Notes under the pieces: generated by a model
The model's input: the letters and a program-made list of their open reading frames with translations, nothing else
The model's database searches: none
Told to the model about the DNA's origin: nothing
Shown here: positions 61,842-64,000 of the stretch, piece by piece
Layout of the letters: each line of letters opens with the position of its first letter
How positions within the stretch are numbered: position 1 is the first letter of the stretch
From: Mobula hypostoma
Taxonomy: Eukaryota
Direction of reading: 5' to 3'
Length of the DNA stretch: 64,000 nucleotides
Assembly: GCF_963921235.1 (NCBI RefSeq)
Contig: NC_086097.1
Span: forward strand, 123,692,001-123,756,000
Position numbers and translations under genes: made by a program

Positions 61842-64000
61842 CAGCTTGTTAGGATGCTCTCTACTGCGCATTGATAGAATGCCGTGGTTATGGATGTGTA
61901 AAGTCCAGTTCACTTCAGTAAAGGAATAGGTGAACTTTCTTTACTGTGTAGAATGTGTTCTGGGACTAAGAGAGGTTGTGTGTGATGTGCACTCCCAGGA
62001 ATTTGAAACTGCTTGCAGTTTCCAATGCTTTACCAATGTAAAGCGGGGTGTGAGTGGTGTAAGTTCTTCTGAAGTTAATAGCCATCTACTTTGTCTTGTT
62101 GACATTAAGTAAGAAGTTGTTCGACTGGCACCCAGTTCGAGCTCTTCCATCTCCTCTCTGTGGGCCGCCTCATTGTTTGTGATGAGCCCCACCTCTGTCA
62201 TGTCATCACCTTATTCAGCACAGGAAATTTCTATACATGGCATCTTGTAGTTATGATGTTAACATACTAGCATTCAAACAAATTTTTAAAAACATCTCAG
62301 GGAATACACGATCAGAAAGCAAAGAGTTCAAATTTTAATTAACATTTTAAATATTATACCAATCGCTAAGAAGTTAAAGCTAAAAGTACTGCATTTGATT
62401 GTACAAAGTTTCAATAATAAAATAATTAAAAATACATATACATAAATAACAATAAATTTATTAAGTCATAATTTAAAGAAATTATTATTTATATACGTAA
62501 AATTGGGGCAAGGTATTGCTTGCTGAGGACTAATTATAGCTTAATGCATTAACATTTTGATTTCAAGGAACAAAGTGCAAACTTTTCTAGGTTCTTAAAA
62601 GTTGTACTGCATTGTATGTATCTGAAGTTTCTGTCAAGTGATATGCCAGTAAGTCAAGAATAGTGGGGAGTTCTTGCTGTCTTTAAACTCGTATAAACTA
62701 TATGTGGTGAGTCTTTAAAGTAGTATAAACTATCAGTTGAGAGTAAAGCTCTGCTGTCACAAGGATCGTTACAGAAAATCTTTCCTACCAAATGCAATAA
62801 GCATTTCCAACAGTTCATCTCCGTGTGACAGGAGAACACACATCATAGTACAATAGTTTCCACTTTTTTTTTGTACATTAATATTGCACATTGTGTATAT
62901 TATTATTCTGTAAGTTATCATTAGCTAAGTTTGCACACTGCTAAGAGTGTTTTTAAATGTTGCTGCTGTAACAAATGTATTTCCCACGGGATCAATAAAT
63001 TATCGTTAAAGAGAGCAATTTTGATTTTAAAATAATCAGTCTGTGTCAGGAAAGGACAGGTTAATAAGGACAGTATAGTATTATCAATCAAGATTTCTGA
63101 ATGCACAGAACTCCTATCACAAAGTAAATTAATTCACAGTGCAAATAGTTAATCGTTTTATGACAACAGTACAGTGCAGAACATAAAAGTTACTGTAAGT
63201 TCCAAAAATAAATAAATAGTCCAAAAGAGGAATAACAAGTTAGTGTTCAGGGTTCACGGACTGTTCAGAAATCTGATGGCAGAGAGGAAGGTGCTTTCCT
63301 TAAAATTTTTGAGTGTGGGTCTTCATGCTCCTTTACTCCTCCTCATTGATAGTAATGAGAAATGGGTATGTCCAAGATGGTGAGAGTCCTTAATGAAGGA
63401 TGCCGCCTTCTTGAGGCACCGCCTCTGGAATAAGTCCTCAATAGTGGGGACGGTTGTGCCACGATGGAGCTAGCTGAATCCGCAGCTAGCTGCTGCCTCT
63501 TTTGATCTTGCATTTTGGAGCCTCTATATTCCAAGCGATGATCAACCAGTCAGAATCCTCTCCACCATCCATGTGTAGAAATTTGCAACAGTCTTTGACA
63601 TACCAAATTTCCTTAGCATCCTAATGAAACAGAGCCACTAGATGAATGAACTAACGAAAAGCCAGAAGATGAAGGCAAGATTATTTTGTTCATCTCCTAA
63701 CAGAGATCAGTGTTGTACTAAATGCAAATAAAGAAATTGGAGAAGCATGTAACAAGCATAATTTTGTATGGACTGCACAAACCAAATTAATGATGCACCT
63801 TGTAGTACAGGTTCAAAGATATTCAAGCTAAAGACCAATAATTTTAAGGAACTATCTTGGAAATGGGCTATTTTAATTTAGTATTGTGAACTAAACATTC
63901 ATTAGAAATACTAAAATAAGAGATCTTCTGGTAATCATTATAAACTTGAATATTAAGTTTTAGAGTAATATAACCTGAGAAAATTGTATCCATAAATCAG

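Overview
Eukaryotic, repeat-rich vertebrate genomic DNA; the CR1/Penelope/Tc1 repeat mix suggests a cartilaginous fish (inference). The only host gene is a middle part of TMX3 (thioredoxin-related transmembrane protein 3, PDI family) on the + strand: six small GT-AG exons (2370-2493, 13403-13448, 21717-21797, 23226-23325, 31033-31110, 43791-43857) splice in frame and include the WCGHC active site. The introns are filled with nested, decayed mobile elements: CR1 LINEs, L2/Rex1-like and RTE-like fragments, Tc1 and Tigger DNA transposons, solo LTRs, an internally deleted Gypsy element and about ten Penelope-like (PLE) insertions. Main findings: (1) a 4.27-kb insertion (16425-20692), bounded by inverted PLE ends and a 13-bp target-site duplication (TSD), carries a copy of the intronic segment lying about 11 kb upstream, i.e. 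PLE-mediated local capture; (2) the PLE terminal repeats carry a minimal type-I hammerhead ribozyme motif, three intact copies of which are sense to the TMX3 pre-mRNA; (3) a SINE-like element has a candidate HDV-like ribozyme with an unusually extended L3. All calls were made by eye without alignment tools, and boundaries of old repeats are approximate.
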